From NCBI GenBank assembly GCA_030649895.1, contig JAUSEX010000037.1, forward strand, positions 3,815-67,814: DNA of 64,000 nt, read 5' to 3'. The first letter of the stretch is position 1. Each line of letters begins with the position of its first letter. The position numbers and the translations under genes were made by a program. Positions 30,001 through 32,042 of this stretch are shown piece by piece. This DNA comes from Candidatus Omnitrophota bacterium. Lineage in GTDB: Bacteria > Omnitrophota > Gorgyraeia > Gorgyraeales > Gorgyraeaceae. The notes beneath the pieces are model-generated. The model made no database searches. It was not told the DNA's origin and saw only the letters and a program-made list of their open reading frames with translations.

Positions 30001-31868
30001 ATATACTGTTTGGGCTTGGAGGGGTTATTTCCAGAAAGATTACGCAGCTGATACAGCTGGTGCGGCTGGCTCGCGCTCCTGAAATAAAAAAATCAGCTTT
30101 TGAAGAAATAAGTTCGGATATCGAGCAGCTTAAGAAGAGTGGATGGTGGGAGAAGCAACCATTAAGCGAGAGATTGCGTTGGTTAATAGAACAGCCTAAG
30201 TACTACAGTCTACAGATTGATGAATGGGAAGAGCTTCTGGGTGTGAGTGGCCTGTTATATGGTACTTTGCGAGCCATACTCAAAGACCCTGAGCATGCGG
30301 TGCGAGTCAGAATGGACAAGATTGGTACGCTAAAGGCCCCCAGCAAACGACATGACTTTCCTCTTAGAATACTACCAAAATATCTTAAGACATATGGTCT
30401 TTGTGATTGCATAGCAGTGGCCTTGTATGATCCAGAGGCCAAAATAGGGAAGATGCTGCATATTACAGTTAAGAGCGATGCTGTAGGCATGATTAATGAG
30501 ACTATAAAAGAATTCAATTCTCGCGGACTAGAGGCTCATCTTATTGGCGGATGGCCGGATAGTTCACAGAAGCTTGCTGTCACTATATTGCGCGCACTGG
30601 AAGAACAAGGCGTTTCTGTGAAAAGTTTGGACATCTTAAACTATCTTGATAGATTTATATGGGATGAAAGAGACGCATTGCATGGCGACAGATCCATTGC
30701 CATGGATGTTGAGACGGGTACGCTCTTCAATCTGGTGGATTTAAGGCCCTCACAGCTTTCGTTCGGGGAACGGCTTTCTCAGCACTTGAGAATCTTGAGT
30801 TGGAGAACTCAATGGATATTCAGACGAGCGCATTCTTATTTATTTTTTAGATTGGTAAGCCGATTGACAGGCTATCTTAAGGACTTAGGTAGACTTCACG
30901 CTGAAAGCAGAGCTGATTCGCCTATACCGTTAGTAGGATTATTTACAGGTATACAAAGGGATAATATTTCGTCAAATTTACCCAGCAGCAGTCCGCATCC
31001 CTTGTCCCAGGGAATAGTAAATGGAATTATTAATTTATCAAGACTTCCTTTGGCAATTCGCCTTGATGCGCTGGTTTTAGACGGATCGTTCTACGCAGGC
31101 GAAGCAGGAAGCCTATTGAGAAAAAAATTAGGGCATATAGTGGATTCAGTAAGGAGTATAATTGGCCCAGATAAGTTAAAAACTTTGAGTGCAGGTAGCC
31201 CTGATGCCGGCATAAGCGAAATAAGCGATTTAGCAAACGGTGAGCCGGAACAAAATGACGTATCATCTCAAGGTCCTGTATTGCACAAAGGCTATCAACA
31301 CCACGAATTTTATGGATGGCTTAAAGAAAGAATAGAAAAAGGTGAGATTGAAAGGGGTTTGCCTCTTATTGTTTTTGACTATCATTCTGACGCCAGCTTA
31401 ATGGATGAAGGCAAAGTTACCAGGCGTAACTTTCTTACTCATTTAAAAGCGGAAGGTTTGGTCGGTGATATATATTGGGTCCAGCCGTCATGGAGCGAAC
31501 CTTTTTATCCTACAAAAGAGCAATCAGGGATTGAGTATAAAAGAATCATCCGCGATCTTCAGGAATTGTCAGAGATAAAAGGCAGGGTATTGGTAAGTAT
31601 AGATTATGATTATTTTTCAATTGCTGAGAGAAGCGGGTTTGCTCGTATAGTTCACGAGGTCAGCGCAAAAAGGGAAACCAGGGAAGTGATGGAAGTTTTA
31701 TTCGGGAATGAGAGCTTGGAGATAGTGGCCATTGATTTAACCTGGACCGGATCCGAGTTTATGTACCATGGCCAGGCAGAGTATATTGACAAAGGTTTAG
31801 AAGATAGTCTTAAGGCTGTCTTCGAAAAAGATATTTTAAGAAAGCCTGGTACCCTGACGAGCATATAA
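3..31868 (+). CDS. Giant multidomain membrane polyprotein (>10,600 aa), 5'-truncated by the window
   Basis: ORF track 33..31868. The frame is open from base 3 (aca tat aaa cat gct gct gat gga act cta ttg), so the TTG at 33 is probably not the real start. Contains many recognisable enzyme motifs and TM clusters; ends ...KPGTLTSI*. Confidence 0.95.
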   Translation, partial: TYKHAADGTLLEPPTIERHYPLKTGKEDVTALNQPDRKDNTAVLVSYNPPDGGSIGSDLDNYGPVGGGSDFSSSGITIGDKTYFRTDSNDKVIFTATDGSYLIVDKEADKAIERYDASNNARIIYNSDGSVNKVYENGVERGYKNNIVYFARAYKDVEIADGYIVPEGTNFKVENGEIRLAEIIVVTNKPVWLADKVQVGIGSTFKVESDGKMKLVKAKDSYAYAEAKFGNYILVNSGSLNEDMSPKAGMELKYDGKSYWVGGDGKTLLDKGPENKKQDNRSWWESAVGAIGDAAGAVGNAIGTIYDYSIVGPLLECVFMGMGHETPESWKELTGRDTPLKFTSDMKGVWRVISGSWDKAYGSQLIEGSNAREEGAMQVWLVDELRKKGFYKDDVTRKETDPKNDIWRTNLRGKPTEEILEMIDPNDREAATPLVEKYVEGIKNLDKRAANADANIAEASSKIGPSGNAILFLLPNNGAIFQFEDYSVIDWVSLVTIPLMFIPGVGTAAGAAIKVGATALKALPGALKLMSVISKVAPVAVKLAPVAEKAAPVAVKSASVAERLAPLVRGANFFLETGKNFIISPVKDFQALSKLVRGVRPALRVPNLTTIWRSIIGAPGENILSKIIRIPARAANQLLLRPAAFGVSEIAPRIFAYGTLGAPFFGITGIGIGDTGPLGVWANISSGMWATMNRVFYSLPVAPWRNSEKAQEFKNIANEHSQARDKILKGWIESVGSIPVAGFVLQIPLMIMSSLFSFAEFPYSFIGTSAEYGLLKGITSSVAGLLKFMVSVPEAGINGMLYLFTGKNRVYQGNLSDWITLQLGEGYLNWTSPDESYKDVEGRFSTLENVEYQGFAYAIANAVLLPMFNPKMKGEGKSNRAEGRNRELTANEASSVVTRTVLMPVNIATGVVYAPIRILWSGIKGEKRGGGWKKGFVEAGSGIMSPIVGPFRGRSSISQKAYRSTELGRGPLLNASGRPLNAPNETGGPLLNASGKPFYEPSIAMLGEDTLSYRPEIKEQADKQAFDRTVHKLEKAREKARTAQEDYQKGRTDKDRLPSEKRELARRTREAQVDFLTLKSRIEKGIWTYGLLDSLRNPIEAWKARNNAAKINPTNELIGSTIREYLKYDTAELRNGFKNALEAGDLVDALSYGLALFGKDLEIKGKELDTKPDQLNAQLDFGWKLGEALKEITEKGGLESPLALIFEMGGGKTASAIIMNLFAIEYAIRNGRTGYNLYVTEKALLARQFIEGNTWAFLEFDKTSGEFTTITGRKGRVVTGMDPESESRFLNAASDKDVELIVMDGQAADSIKLAVDRSNNSQELREALGRMRAASGDEFDSMLKGTPAIIGTGELLDQMKRYADEGNEKAKGLVAAAELQTTVMIDILNIVQKYGGFKDINQVAIDTQLSRFGRLKRQFGFGGPKNETEIRGRYAANDKVIAEVVSLLERKGMSSDGARSLANEAVNALSLKEGIDYYLKYNEIGKLIGYEVTDKATIRLENTRFGSSKLAAFVMAKEALVKFNEGRMSLDEIKQLVNEELLKTTLASADFASFVELTGKNKWVLFSGTKGMPKTMKRLGVNAVEIKTSEINWDEKGLLKIIAARGQKAQSDKILAEIKDAKTQKRAIVIVHRGNVEELKQLARDAGISEENIHAMTGENPAKLADFEKEARSRLQNTEGEFEVIILPGFEAGSNMLEIGSKNYKVSVVVTHFKDRDRLAQTFGRANIEGRRASADFRVIVDVMKDDSLVMKAEREVILEMLDSGKTETEIEMDIQNKMKEIAEQILAESDIATVRTLEEREQPVRVAETQNELTPELFSKVENNFYREFGRAETGRKTLVDTFREAVAKVIEEGKTPEAFNAAIKGMASEFRGRAMQIGAIANPAIASQIRGSNNEDDKNRLSFRLLLEGVKILFAMRSFTDEGLFEQMPVLAVLAMPTMPAVTEKQKNRLVEIEAALMDKNVTSEERQKLLNEKKSILEMVFGKINDYLESELKFEKEQKETVMEGVKFLSGNFKSNDPAFEQFRVNPLAVMQQIATGKVKGVESVVVKAIRELVGEPRENLPLWSKTWDRITRRTSPQINFARVEIAVNDIANALGVDRDIVETNLLKLMGYTLSQIGTIREQHSLLLELGGEEFGKTLANTLPIADILIKLGSKSISQRVEFINSLVMGEKTAKQYGVTKGSDAVLKVSSAILGILKAKSGKLTWRDLWTDKEIESSGLDKRQVAIIMGINYSILENLPADLVDLYDINILADSEMMGKVVGVYKIFEKIDPEFAKWLVEPVKTALPSGLAELQRDDPEMFALIEALQRNQGAPSRVFGISNLIGESDSEELKKVLTRLLIPGVSKEAPKEEKENIYSRRLDILTSSIGEEGLESEYSPAARIEMAIGVYDFLSSVGVNARGVSWEDVKKLKSFADMAQAIESASYREIIKAIKQGMPQEEKLEYLFKVAKAIENKDEILLKSLGVLNDEDWLSQFDPADQGLLRRLLAGESSIEEIREEVVESGRLVGTGAHAMAIRLLNEKGILKLLDSSDPELIERASQRYQDAKKLIPELVIPYVIRTDKGEDITIIIQEKVVTSRYELDSLIEAKDMEGAKTYVRKLVELVYKLAEKGIVFDSAVVNSGLDILANTAVDANGNVKVLDVANLNLKPNKEEDIRAGVNKVLERLQTDIGDGLLKQEFAMERQTQDAIYDINKERGEKQVELAKNIASKWLEEALADITRGGPKKIDRLLHDPARIPPNIYFAFTYIKQSFLDFQTLLLKPEVEYASIINLFIERAFTHAEDIVSSGINGVYEEKMGVFIDEIRKDPAKLKMLADLLGRRSSDMAGIDNFTITRAIGGVSAVNCGVQALQVVLEQWAPGAIKGLTPEELRKKLAGEITDEVIAIIEAGFGDPESESAKLSREIVMNLMEGKIGHDIIIAVAEKEYGVKNVNPVTIEIDEAALEKSLEGIGTSFILWVPGHFMPIVGYRGGLFVTKTLKGEDVGIDVRDILNKYIHEAGQASGGTITIIIPGNDTKDNKRYYGATPDLYSLFKPEPITSDAGVTYFGSLASSGKAISSAGAGQEKAAEQKERGFVRNLRKIFEKHRKLTAALIIGATIAAGIVALPVIVPIILPAMVTALPILLGGGAVIMLFAAPGIFKFVRSLRTRAPPQFTPITRKSDEAQIKSRIEEQFGVDLKDINSDDWKEILVQAVLADYRAYQLGSHKEYHKNKTVNYFIEYPMMIVNVLTLRVLDQFFFKHWRQPFSYFLSRRGDKKHYLGEQAQAVMEALISQQIAKKSGDVAQKNTLESVHSKLKTELVSVIPTSIVANRVAGLLEKRLAISSLEERSALNIAGSILTGVVLGAVSLANQRLRFAIFSAISSGILFGLLGPAGLFGSLVGAGFLTGTLVTIGMPLGLAALSISPLILLSPLLLLAFLNFPVSYAKHRRANPDENIVKSLLIVLMSPKYWAANIMSVPMLIMVGPEIEGTIRYTEHIPLVGDFAAWMEKAIYGAHDKETGQPTVPVGQKLLERLPGGSQLSDFTYRIFSLGRGGDLQSAHMKSQIAAIVATAKIDDKSFKEEPAALKEAPVSDAKGSEQGVTVEGYQLLVDGKPYQMKGVTWRPSEDNNFSQWYQKDITLMKEMGVNTVRTYRPIDDQKVLDYLAMNGIKVIIGFDYGKDIQTGAYKDYINKFKGHPAILLWEFGNEYNYHSDWFGGDINNWYNTLEKTAQEVHKIDKSHPVATAHGEIPDKNALVKVPSVDIWGMNVYRSDSPQAIFDEWGARSNKPMYFSEAGADSIDNRVDKEVQSVQANANVHIWSQVNAASSKLHPNNVSAGAVFMEFNDEPWKPKGFQHDGVYPDNFANEQHFGFVDKDRNPKEAFSKMKDGWSESPFSEALTGAKSITKIYEGDKHTKTAYNMGAVNILEEKLLLSPEAQIFPEVQKILVSDIRQVLKVPADKKIELKDVKFDKIIEVDTVTGARTVKYDYGFLPGKQDKTIIKISQGAHEIFVRRVAGAIDKNENYPYMENAGWDILDEKGKIVQYDAESPEVLERLKKLAQNKDSKLPDEVKKSIFNAQVAVRVYKLVEGGRFVEDRVSAIEANREAIRFYAKPETVTSGGRTFEVSGKAVVDTYEAIKAIYYYDSSYQLMTSKGEALTKDNAGDVIGWVRVTGDKLLMSDGAEYSVIEELKPDKTTMVRRFASDDKGNERAKISNLPEGGYLIQVVDENEVIGDDKADMLTYNGTKEGGLYKFSTDKPYLTSLLKDSFEIKVDEKGIATEEGVNSVLSDFTFANESLKNAARDALNKGLNEIINSLGLKDGKVHVMHIVKEEVRIANDGVKFNYRVEEDPAAKIVAYVSSDMKEKADVIINTKWEGENSLEGYQFSPIGQIFKLKTEGDILSPDDVLKDLDIQLREQLEQKGIKVKELSLSKLNQYLVVHKDGKDKDYEVLFHTRYIMRDDPLKRDYARYDRGALRFIKFAHNKTDIPFGVPDGEVIVAPEIQRIIRETEYFEHRPGDNEYIYKVIFEYRNGQEYKNEPIFIGYDYKTAVVWEHYVNEEWKLYSRDGLPFEVSRVDGAKEYLYSVFAITVFEDGGNSYIMASENIKSSTPVTPPTTRISRDNTLWRIIEGRGIDSFIHQDVYATSMTDKFLNSAPGRLVKRIMGSDDLEKLMDKIEKQGMEIDIDYRRCFDKLEEGVFVDKTRYLMNQAWIGAIGFLALLVSLPIFRRFLGSKGIRWIFRKTGRRIVNVNATEADRLREVIGTPGLADKLIVLRELSGPIIINSNLPAADKGDFLRDYLSVSGFDPEEVNEIVGLFNSGKITMEDKDVDPKSLPRAPPIDTLQHLEEAIAKKNYPAAIVIKALLEKKLITQDDLEGTFRKEGALREGALKWDLLVKVLLNKAQDKVLGEIKEGDFTNVDKLLPTPEAKVLQYVVKNDLIAKPDLIELSHKDSGYSGFTGFAIGLIKEKFIQPVFDDVFSRTFGAEITEGIKDITLETVFAEIHPFIFKDPSLLKQIIDTKDAEYNPNPMNKAIETTTLKEFILLKFIQLNPSQTNNHSIGQFSAIWPFALYVVREAKNALDNERSPEEILSIITAYKDVFIPLVSQEVLKKYKKQITERDPWEEIEGAEKILLDVFSDLDFYDLFERLSKKETNLLDRLSVNGTSFALVEDLRNAITNGRISQDDLAKELKKLTLDLSMEDAPEAVQADEATEKGLIFGWFKLGLVHLYVSRIFKPLFSSKFWGIDSRAKKIGFTVMLFGLTGLGIVIMPHFLALGAVLISFGVMLSPIIWGKSSSPKEKIFWASIFGATSIYTFGIMTHFLFWKLSLVALTFGTVATGGLLVLVFIPTLISFYHLAVSLRSYIGLHKELWSGTARSLTGWRSIAPWPTRWNSLFKKWYVEFKDVERDHMALTSNGESITEYLERLVNLLHERYLFSDDEKSDWIKALNSEGKEGKFRKPRSPKAFEILYNAFFAISQKKPAPDVYSLLQPTSTHVQAAGELFTHTFENSALLGTFDDHPLLDELIYSLKQRIGLNDEDSVKNKKWGDINSLGKMLSIEKLERRLADCENLNEEEKQIIRERILDFSEKHNWTSMKRSLLGYMARTQKPEWENLMDRIKQQIIKDKDKETFLEELRGITEKYDIYTLLFVTNYGLTQEERQFIIESMMKWLNELRPTDAAVIESMALDYVEYHLSISYQSGDLEYHGAAREISMKYPSLKEAYEVISSKAEGDRDNTEKIFFSGYKKYKFLVSIKLRQLFQDQTVWAADADLAKNRIPPVDKFVKSLKNIQKDTATSDIIRELLSGGDMNPLLKYNITDLDDWAEKFISWRRANYDNIVALINAYSALADDWNKISSQLATMVHQSSSSGVKYAFYKQEDNFIPKLKNPGIGNELWLYYGKSVNFDAHVRNYPGQNVWRFNWAALQGRNPNIAVVNTMMKIWASSNSAFPATNIYSIAQEVFTSDVQRARRGMLTFYGKACVVPQAVSVVTPPGEDSAAFLLLQRTNPSYTSTQIDWFGFEWGRMSFAGSIIGTEMRYAYNVTRFLMDRGQFELFYNKDLGFDKKLSHLFLWAHYFVVPFSLGLLVLLPILAPFSAFAFLTPVIFFVAASFLLMEAINTNNFVRHWRQTGNLWVAAVYTIKDIVRAFPLYVVLLPFFLRGVWSASKEIFSFIRTQKEARLAMENKKDWYSDKMLFKLWNKSGFPFSGVVGIWGLISWVAALFTMTPWGPIILLPYLMASIAFLTGMYVFTTSADSKGNLKGMSLSALFRMLPYSIGKTIYYLWLFGKDRIGKFRNKPSAPAAPTGTIGSEGSEKYIPGIRTSKLSEDARVLVQAKIGEIESRVKNASNLNIDERSKISDAILKLREYFARGDIVSFTAFVNGPEDYLLAFATSAQIVIMSDFFNRPELHTYLDEVLFHEAYVAAHGEKDYEAHRAIYLGIQRKIFGEENPLKGILREIINSKNQANESSAAVGLAGKKGSAARSFRALLDRLFGREERLGRLKVLREVASELNDETIAEMVYTFATDFLGDESKVLIGDTPGDPVMQVKIILGANGEIEKKTLQVHKMFLDRVISKEGTPEYDTYKKILKFLLIKEGEHYKTSSSYDLIKIAHLKRQYEQNPKDIEAAKRLAAIQMYYEADKYGMLYDNLLSQGITAEGLKEIANQENDEFLRDVLSGLAGLMTNYEKSGYLAIAKDLAQGTGYIAESVRAALTDERFSNNLAELTDKSGLEDYYRYVETGVKEMPYKKGLVFGSSNLLVQTPKRLLEDIYAQIEEGQIKNDNLEKLKEGYAVIICRLAATDVKTFDLLEEGLNRLLDSEMVRRKAEKTVNGSTMVFVNIVDKNANELLKFLLAELRKAAPVYSGKIEKLYQNLAAGDLPRDSQGNFRAFTKEELTERLKARAEEIKKARHSLKGYRIDQAVSMLIELLEGSKLSERELNELYPDIASALYGEYEKLQGAFMLYPQVVKAITERFPGAHKVFIARDAGVFYEAAYLYSLINGIKLDSSLVYAGGVDVAGMGNLSHSIYILRQLVETAKTRGYPEEEVEKIVKKAIENRLNPESKNFDRLFADDTERLFQIIRESGILEHENEVLIDTFSSGATPLFIKYAIERLRQDKVSPKIFILKSKYGFFDNLKNAGFDWGFINKVTQEYKKTHPVMPGLKLAQPEAELFSYLRAMITYNAMVEYKSRVIAARGGFIREGDARFFFGTKKKTLTPASGTAAKGKALLPPHEHGSVNRAIAQARSENRGYIIQRSGTKLARGWKDGKYADKIKLRKAIELLMVEHIRELGRIVLPSGLGEIILAEDLGALNIILIQPRNKSPGLMVESKNAFHVAHPGISYNSIYIDRLTFDQLDIRELAALILYEIIELKTKNLSLGKKRNWRPELAEEIHRLAEEYEQIIVGPSQTGTGSLLDDKVQQILEDSFVFRIQNLIDPYMSELKPLLDKYHRMATEIKEAEAIIAEEAERVKALLNELSSLSRDRIKSLHEELKSLMEAYSGENAAKTESARKIIEKREINKVIDKINVFSRVPENQIELAEAGDVGSLDEFLERSDADEYIKRAEDSIIHGEHVVEFFFAGAATRFIEDLRASGRTIEKKDEPQYRMYGLDIWDFAGPARKDSSDLGLGMAQRQLFAYRTFLKNLALKKGLHPDEVLKRQRLILHINEDVEEMVLKDFMDNVFYGFDPDNIFFMVQETLHGYSLKDGKIVFAEDSPKLPFGHGYATEQLNVPGVAFHLKVKNGIMHREYLSEAVLTELELKTAGYYIDTHRVNDLTKFLVDEVVDVRKLAFKIFLIEQENDVIIELVENPGKQKGGNLIKDKRTGKYFLIETSNTEGSDRLKELLTKASEDSAPYNAFRIMYRRRGLEELLKKRFPYNLRFKNGYFYLEAVTGDITQLEEANAAAFKEKGAVIKDFKRLGDLGIAIPVLTKSDKDLADVVNQTRHKQSLAGRKLKDVISRLLRQGLPHDFIERAILSMPLEHTSSDTVSVDRLVAQIVEWRTLMDNCLAEKGEIRVAIKNPKDVYYKDVPEEEIPSSIDYTELTIVSRDRPGLVRDIETVIAEYGGNLTRPAFGAMNDEGMARLIYEINHAERKNAFNSREIEELRKALLKIKVGLAPLSIKPEYGFEGWRKVEGDADAYEGKLVIDGNVMDLKVVKSASSFEYFLGYEGGPAGYARILFNNKKLKVHYLELSPSFRKAIGDISAAKVLMNIMIRDLFFIGSQDLSGLIVQVVMNEDSSTPKVNNLIGGFGITEFNREKVMSIIMDEKSKISIEETKAPHEGVPYFRVVLEGKLPLKIFLKARLEYSYKDKRTWIISRKIYEQMESDARYKLGQAPLQVKEQARLKGELARRLQEDEVFVGGVDFYMDPDKVEWLEEHTASLPENPWLVIDDLGSAHAPREQNAPSLLANLFTGKWSKFNWATRAVFSLAIVPHEVGHLFMAKITKTPLLRKLYIEDLSSKMPIAERASPIVHLAGLFVNASVAIASAFTLHFFGHAVIDFTNPLAGILSYVFLANSILFALEIILDATTKLRGDVTNAIFGRSGFASQINVQRAKNIFFTFKEYMNEALYNPDWGYYASGRVKIGTVRKGSDFITYPLKLSPLFGGMIAEQAFKMWEGMVRAGTITENEQFTILEFGGGDGTLAYDILSRASQKALDNPDWAKFYRALLYTIGDRSPPLIEIQKKKNARFNGKFNTVLVDALNPLEGGVFKPSSIKGLILSNELLDVSGHQKLIVYPDGDIKVTLSIPKISLALLGNLPKDKQNELVKRNEELISEFKLPLTDGIYLSRDDFLALKAYLRDLGPEQENLFNQEIRFIEIYIDPIYVPEVLSYIQENKESIDGFVADNEKPFAVYINPDGAGYIQGAGEILDKGYILTIDYGGLSDYILDPQYEHLLIIKNGSRDADPYSLPGQRDISAEQNFTDLAAAGQKIGLNTVFYGNQAHLEEGVTPLTSQSLLEELAKRFQGQEPGLSSEEAMKKARREVDEFRLSGIINDPGRSPYKMLIQQKPGTDSKYVFPASLLQYTGENKSNAGQSMLKILAPFIAIVFIAWFFISIVLAAHTANAAGSGSAGAQNRVIHQQEDARMIQTPEVDIRPDGFYVENRRIFIGAGVNFRILDYDNNFGAYRRVTDYPEQVKAELAAIRSISQRGTVVIRVGLLDSGVNYFKGEGNYANIRDDVIAFLQWAKDNNVMVEFVLADYLLAARHSDALTHDITRQDITQRFLGDLVRDIKADPKAFLSLWGFDLYNEPEWSVSQSFGGGWEYVTGERPEQPIPIVDMNAYFNEAYETIKSIAPEKFVTIGVSAKHFSVIGAIKDRLDYFALHYYAWMGPLESYVSQLPENKPWLLEEYPSRDEGMNIEPAVYLDNLLNLWNTGKPASGGLIWMWRPIIGQADENTSDEMVAKLRDWTAQHQNELEGKFGLFLPLVFGFALKRKGNFSETGEDSSELVDWKAECDSLPIQAYDSDYFVAAKIWSYKGLKVFFIPDHKFEHTLLNLMRKALGFKFREILSDAHDDASYPTEYKPLDPGEASEGEIIDRSNALTSANWRMALIKDGTIADSYDLSVIKADEGEGRILKLRLAQFPAVTPSKTDETILIIENDSFGIFDSKELERAISEYVDALFKLNIEFDDVIFVDAGDKLSNWMIGPPSTRYYREHILRFLLAKLAEKYEGGVDYSTQRRNDPAKEIKGAEGDRMANGGVPRSEMQSEASKEERQRDIDTQFIGLLYRAAFNRLPDIRHDFASVVREMIRAMAAYREYYLLSSTPVRSPDSITLKLLKESIGQDGKFLNVNSHAVMQLRMVREVFSADAMVAAIGYDDKNAELPVIDRVLSLKTDDLIRYIEKNKNNIGKSRFKILPLAILFGGFAEMFWGFPSIAQSAGLEEAVNQRAFFQSLFSETTLITLGAILFTSVSIVGVTLSLYRVFKHNSKNVREPSPAPDKDLANASVWALERILHIIDELSRAGEEGIRQLLEEMKKNSESVGVGTSHVEVAEEADRSKNQGLGVTLYSDILFGLGGVISRKITQLIQLVRLARAPEIKKSAFEEISSDIEQLKKSGWWEKQPLSERLRWLIEQPKYYSLQIDEWEELLGVSGLLYGTLRAILKDPEHAVRVRMDKIGTLKAPSKRHDFPLRILPKYLKTYGLCDCIAVALYDPEAKIGKMLHITVKSDAVGMINETIKEFNSRGLEAHLIGGWPDSSQKLAVTILRALEEQGVSVKSLDILNYLDRFIWDERDALHGDRSIAMDVETGTLFNLVDLRPSQLSFGERLSQHLRILSWRTQWIFRRAHSYLFFRLVSRLTGYLKDLGRLHAESRADSPIPLVGLFTGIQRDNISSNLPSSSPHPLSQGIVNGIINLSRLPLAIRLDALVLDGSFYAGEAGSLLRKKLGHIVDSVRSIIGPDKLKTLSAGSPDAGISEISDLANGEPEQNDVSSQGPVLHKGYQHHEFYGWLKERIEKGEIERGLPLIVFDYHSDASLMDEGKVTRRNFLTHLKAEGLVGDIYWVQPSWSEPFYPTKEQSGIEYKRIIRDLQELSEIKGRVLVSIDYDYFSIAERSGFARIVHEVSAKRETREVMEVLFGNESLEIVAIDLTWTGSEFMYHGQAEYIDKGLEDSLKAVFEKDILRKPGTLTSI
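1611..1694 (+). repeat. In-frame 42-bp imperfect tandem duplication (APVAVKLAPVAEKA / APVAVKSASVAERL)
   Basis: gctccggttgcagttaag at 1611 and 1653. Confidence 0.85.
2913..2988 (+). repeat. In-frame 22-bp direct repeat (PLLNASG x2)
   Basis: cctttactaaatgcatccggca at 2913 and 2967. Confidence 0.85.
3480..5400 (+). other. SecA-like DEAD ATPase domain within the giant protein
   Basis: Colinear SecA-like motifs: FEMGGGKT (Walker A, cf. MKTGEGKT), YVTEKALLARQF (cf. VVTVNDYLA), GDEFDSML..TPAII (cf. DEVDSILIDEARTPLII), LKEGIDY...FVMAKE (cf. RDVDY...AIEAKE), TLAS...FSGT (cf. TLAT...GMTGT), QTFGRANIEG (cf. QLRGRSGRQG). Confidence 0.85.
7500..7990 (+). other. Divergent protein-kinase-like domain within the giant protein
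   Basis: Gly loop LVGTGAHAMA, ILK, IIIQEKV hinge, N..VDANGNVKVLD resembling the catalytic/DFG region. The catalytic loop is atypical. Confidence 0.5.
8530..9050 (+). other. C39-like (papain-fold) cysteine peptidase domain
   Basis: VNCGVQALQVVL (Cys codon 8553) and ILWVPGHFMPIVGY (His codon 8901) match the C39 CG..al / HfvvivG pattern. Confidence 0.65.
10761..11630 (+). other. Clan GH-A TIM-barrel glycoside hydrolase domain (GH2-TIM/GH158-like)
   Basis: LLVDGKPYQMKGV, MGVNTVRTY, HPAILLWEFGNE (acid/base), KPMYFSEAG (nucleophile), MEFNDEPWK. Confidence 0.85.
15600..18810 (+). other. GT48/FKS-callose-synthase-like glucan synthase domain with flanking TM helices
   Basis: TM cluster, then motifs in FKS order: LHERYLFSDDE, PRSPKAFEIL...KPAP...STHVQAAGE, SLLGYMARTQKPEWENLMDRI, KLKNPGIGN...NFDAH, QEVFTSDVQR...FYGK, GEDS, FEWGR; then a TM cluster. 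Confidence 0.7.
20880..21530 (+). other. Uncharacterised alpha/beta domain with FIARD and IDTFSSG motifs (PRTase-like)
   Basis: VFIARDAGVFY ... VLIDTFSSGAT resembles the FLxRDG / VDxGxxG pattern of PRTase-like domains. Confidence 0.4.
21651..25124 (+). other. UDP-sugar pyrophosphorylase-like + ACT module (paralog of the gene at 42725)
   Basis: FFFAGAATRF (cf. LAGGxGTR), FMVQE, PFGHG, QKGG; ACT-like ELTIVSRDRPGLVRDI. Colinear with 43024-46348. Confidence 0.8.
25200..25600 (+). other. M50-like intramembrane metallopeptidase domain
   Basis: IVPHEVGH in a hydrophobic segment, VHLAGLFVN, and a downstream N...GD. Confidence 0.55.
25640..26990 (+). other. MidA/NDUFAF7-family SAM-dependent methyltransferase domain
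   Basis: TFKEYMNEALY..WGYY, DFIT.P..SPLFG, ILEFGGGDGTLA, ILSNELLD, TIDYG, PGQRDISA..NF. Confidence 0.9.
27240..28200 (+). other. GH5-like glycoside hydrolase domain bracketed by signal/TM segments
   Basis: GVNF, WGFDLYNEPEW (NEP), DYFALHYY, KPWLLEEY. Confidence 0.8.
30300..30750 (+). other. CheD-like deamidase domain
   Basis: LKTYGLCDCIAVALYD...GKMLH, AHLIGG, RSIAMDVETG (cf. CheD LGSCvav.lyD...gg.aH ... kl.GG ... R.i.fd..tG). Confidence 0.7.
31270..31820 (+). other. UPF0489/arginase-like metal-binding domain (weaker second copy at ~28400-28980)
   Basis: HHEFY.W, LIVFDYHSD, IYWV, VSIDYDYFS. The upstream copy has DH...SDAHDD. Confidence 0.6.
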
Positions 31869-31912
31869 AGATTTTAGCAAACCTTTTGGGTGGAACTGGG
31901 CGGAATGCGCTA

Positions 31913-32014
31913 TTCGGGCAATAGAAAACAGGCGTTCTGCTTATAAAGAATATATTTGTACGCCAAGACTATGTGGAGGAGATAATTGGTAAACAATTTT
32001 GAATTTATGTATAG
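31913..32014 (+). pseudogene. Decayed 3' remnant of a RAYT transposase gene
   Basis: Reads FG/IENRRSAYKEYICTPRLC/EEIIGKQF*IYV* versus the intact RAYT end FGKTIEARRYSYEEYVSTARPYEEMIDRQFGIYI*. Followed by the same reverse-oriented repeat as the intact copy. Confidence 0.8.
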
Positions 32015-32041
32015 TAGGATGTCCCCGGATAGGACGTCCCA
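32015..32041 (-). repeat. RAYT-associated junction repeat, copy 1
   Basis: Reverse complement tgggacgtcctatccggggacatccta. Confidence 0.85.
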
Positions 32042-32042
32042 T

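Noticed and set aside
13770-31000. SSTP/SSSP/ASP short linkers as a conserved cleavage motif
   Set aside because: Too few and too low in complexity to distinguish from chance by eye.
295-31864. Dozens of short antisense or alternate-frame ORFs within the giant gene (and within later genes)
   Set aside because: They are shadow ORFs opposite a long coding frame with no recognisable motifs.
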